From: Nanobdellota archaeon
Lineage (GTDB): Archaea; Nanobdellota; Nanobdellia; Woesearchaeales; CAZZGN01
Length of the DNA stretch: 55,049 bases
Assembly (NCBI GenBank): GCA_051819665.1
Contig: JBNJDG010000004.1
Location: 1-55,049, forward strand
Direction: 5' to 3'
The translations under genes and the position numbers were made by a program. Below, one piece after another: positions 55,048 to 55,049 of this stretch. How positions within the stretch are numbered: position 1 is the stretch's first letter; every line of letters begins with the position of its first letter. The notes under the pieces were generated by a model, which made no database searches, was not told the DNA's origin, and saw only the letters and a program-made list of their open reading frames with translations.

Positions 55048-55049
55048 GT

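Overview
The window looks like ~55 kb of chromosome from a small-genome DPANN-type archaeon, most consistent with Woesearchaeales/Nanobdellota. The evidence is archaeal uS15 next to a RecJ/DHH gene, TYW1, alpha2-type GlyRS, OB-fold RPA, TATA-box promoters with many apparently leaderless genes, and three intron-less tRNAs (Phe-GAA, Pro-CGG, Arg-GCG). The taxonomy is an inference from gene content; no database search was run. I found no CRISPR array, integrase, transposase or reverse transcriptase. Main candidates for new biology: (1) a ~11 kb surface-structure locus (1328-12159) with five tandem, mosaic, six-cysteine secreted paralogs that look like Ig-fold fibre subunits, a membrane-anchored PapD/DUF916-like chaperone candidate, a divergent 1064-aa membrane-anchored protein, and two paralogous SCI-motif genes bracketing the locus; (2) an unannotated ~160-nt structured RNA candidate (42545-42706) with two anti-Shine-Dalgarno motifs in hairpin loops, complementary to the RBS of the first fibre-subunit gene; (3) a bacterial sigma-70 gene under an archaeal-style promoter, with altered promoter-recognition residues; (4) a three-way-junction leader upstream of rps15; (5) a signal-less subtilase followed by a propeptide-like small ORF; (6) a GcvH-like protein lacking the lipoyl lysine; (7) a decaying AT-rich patch beside tRNA-Arg with a visible deletion junction and a frameshift.
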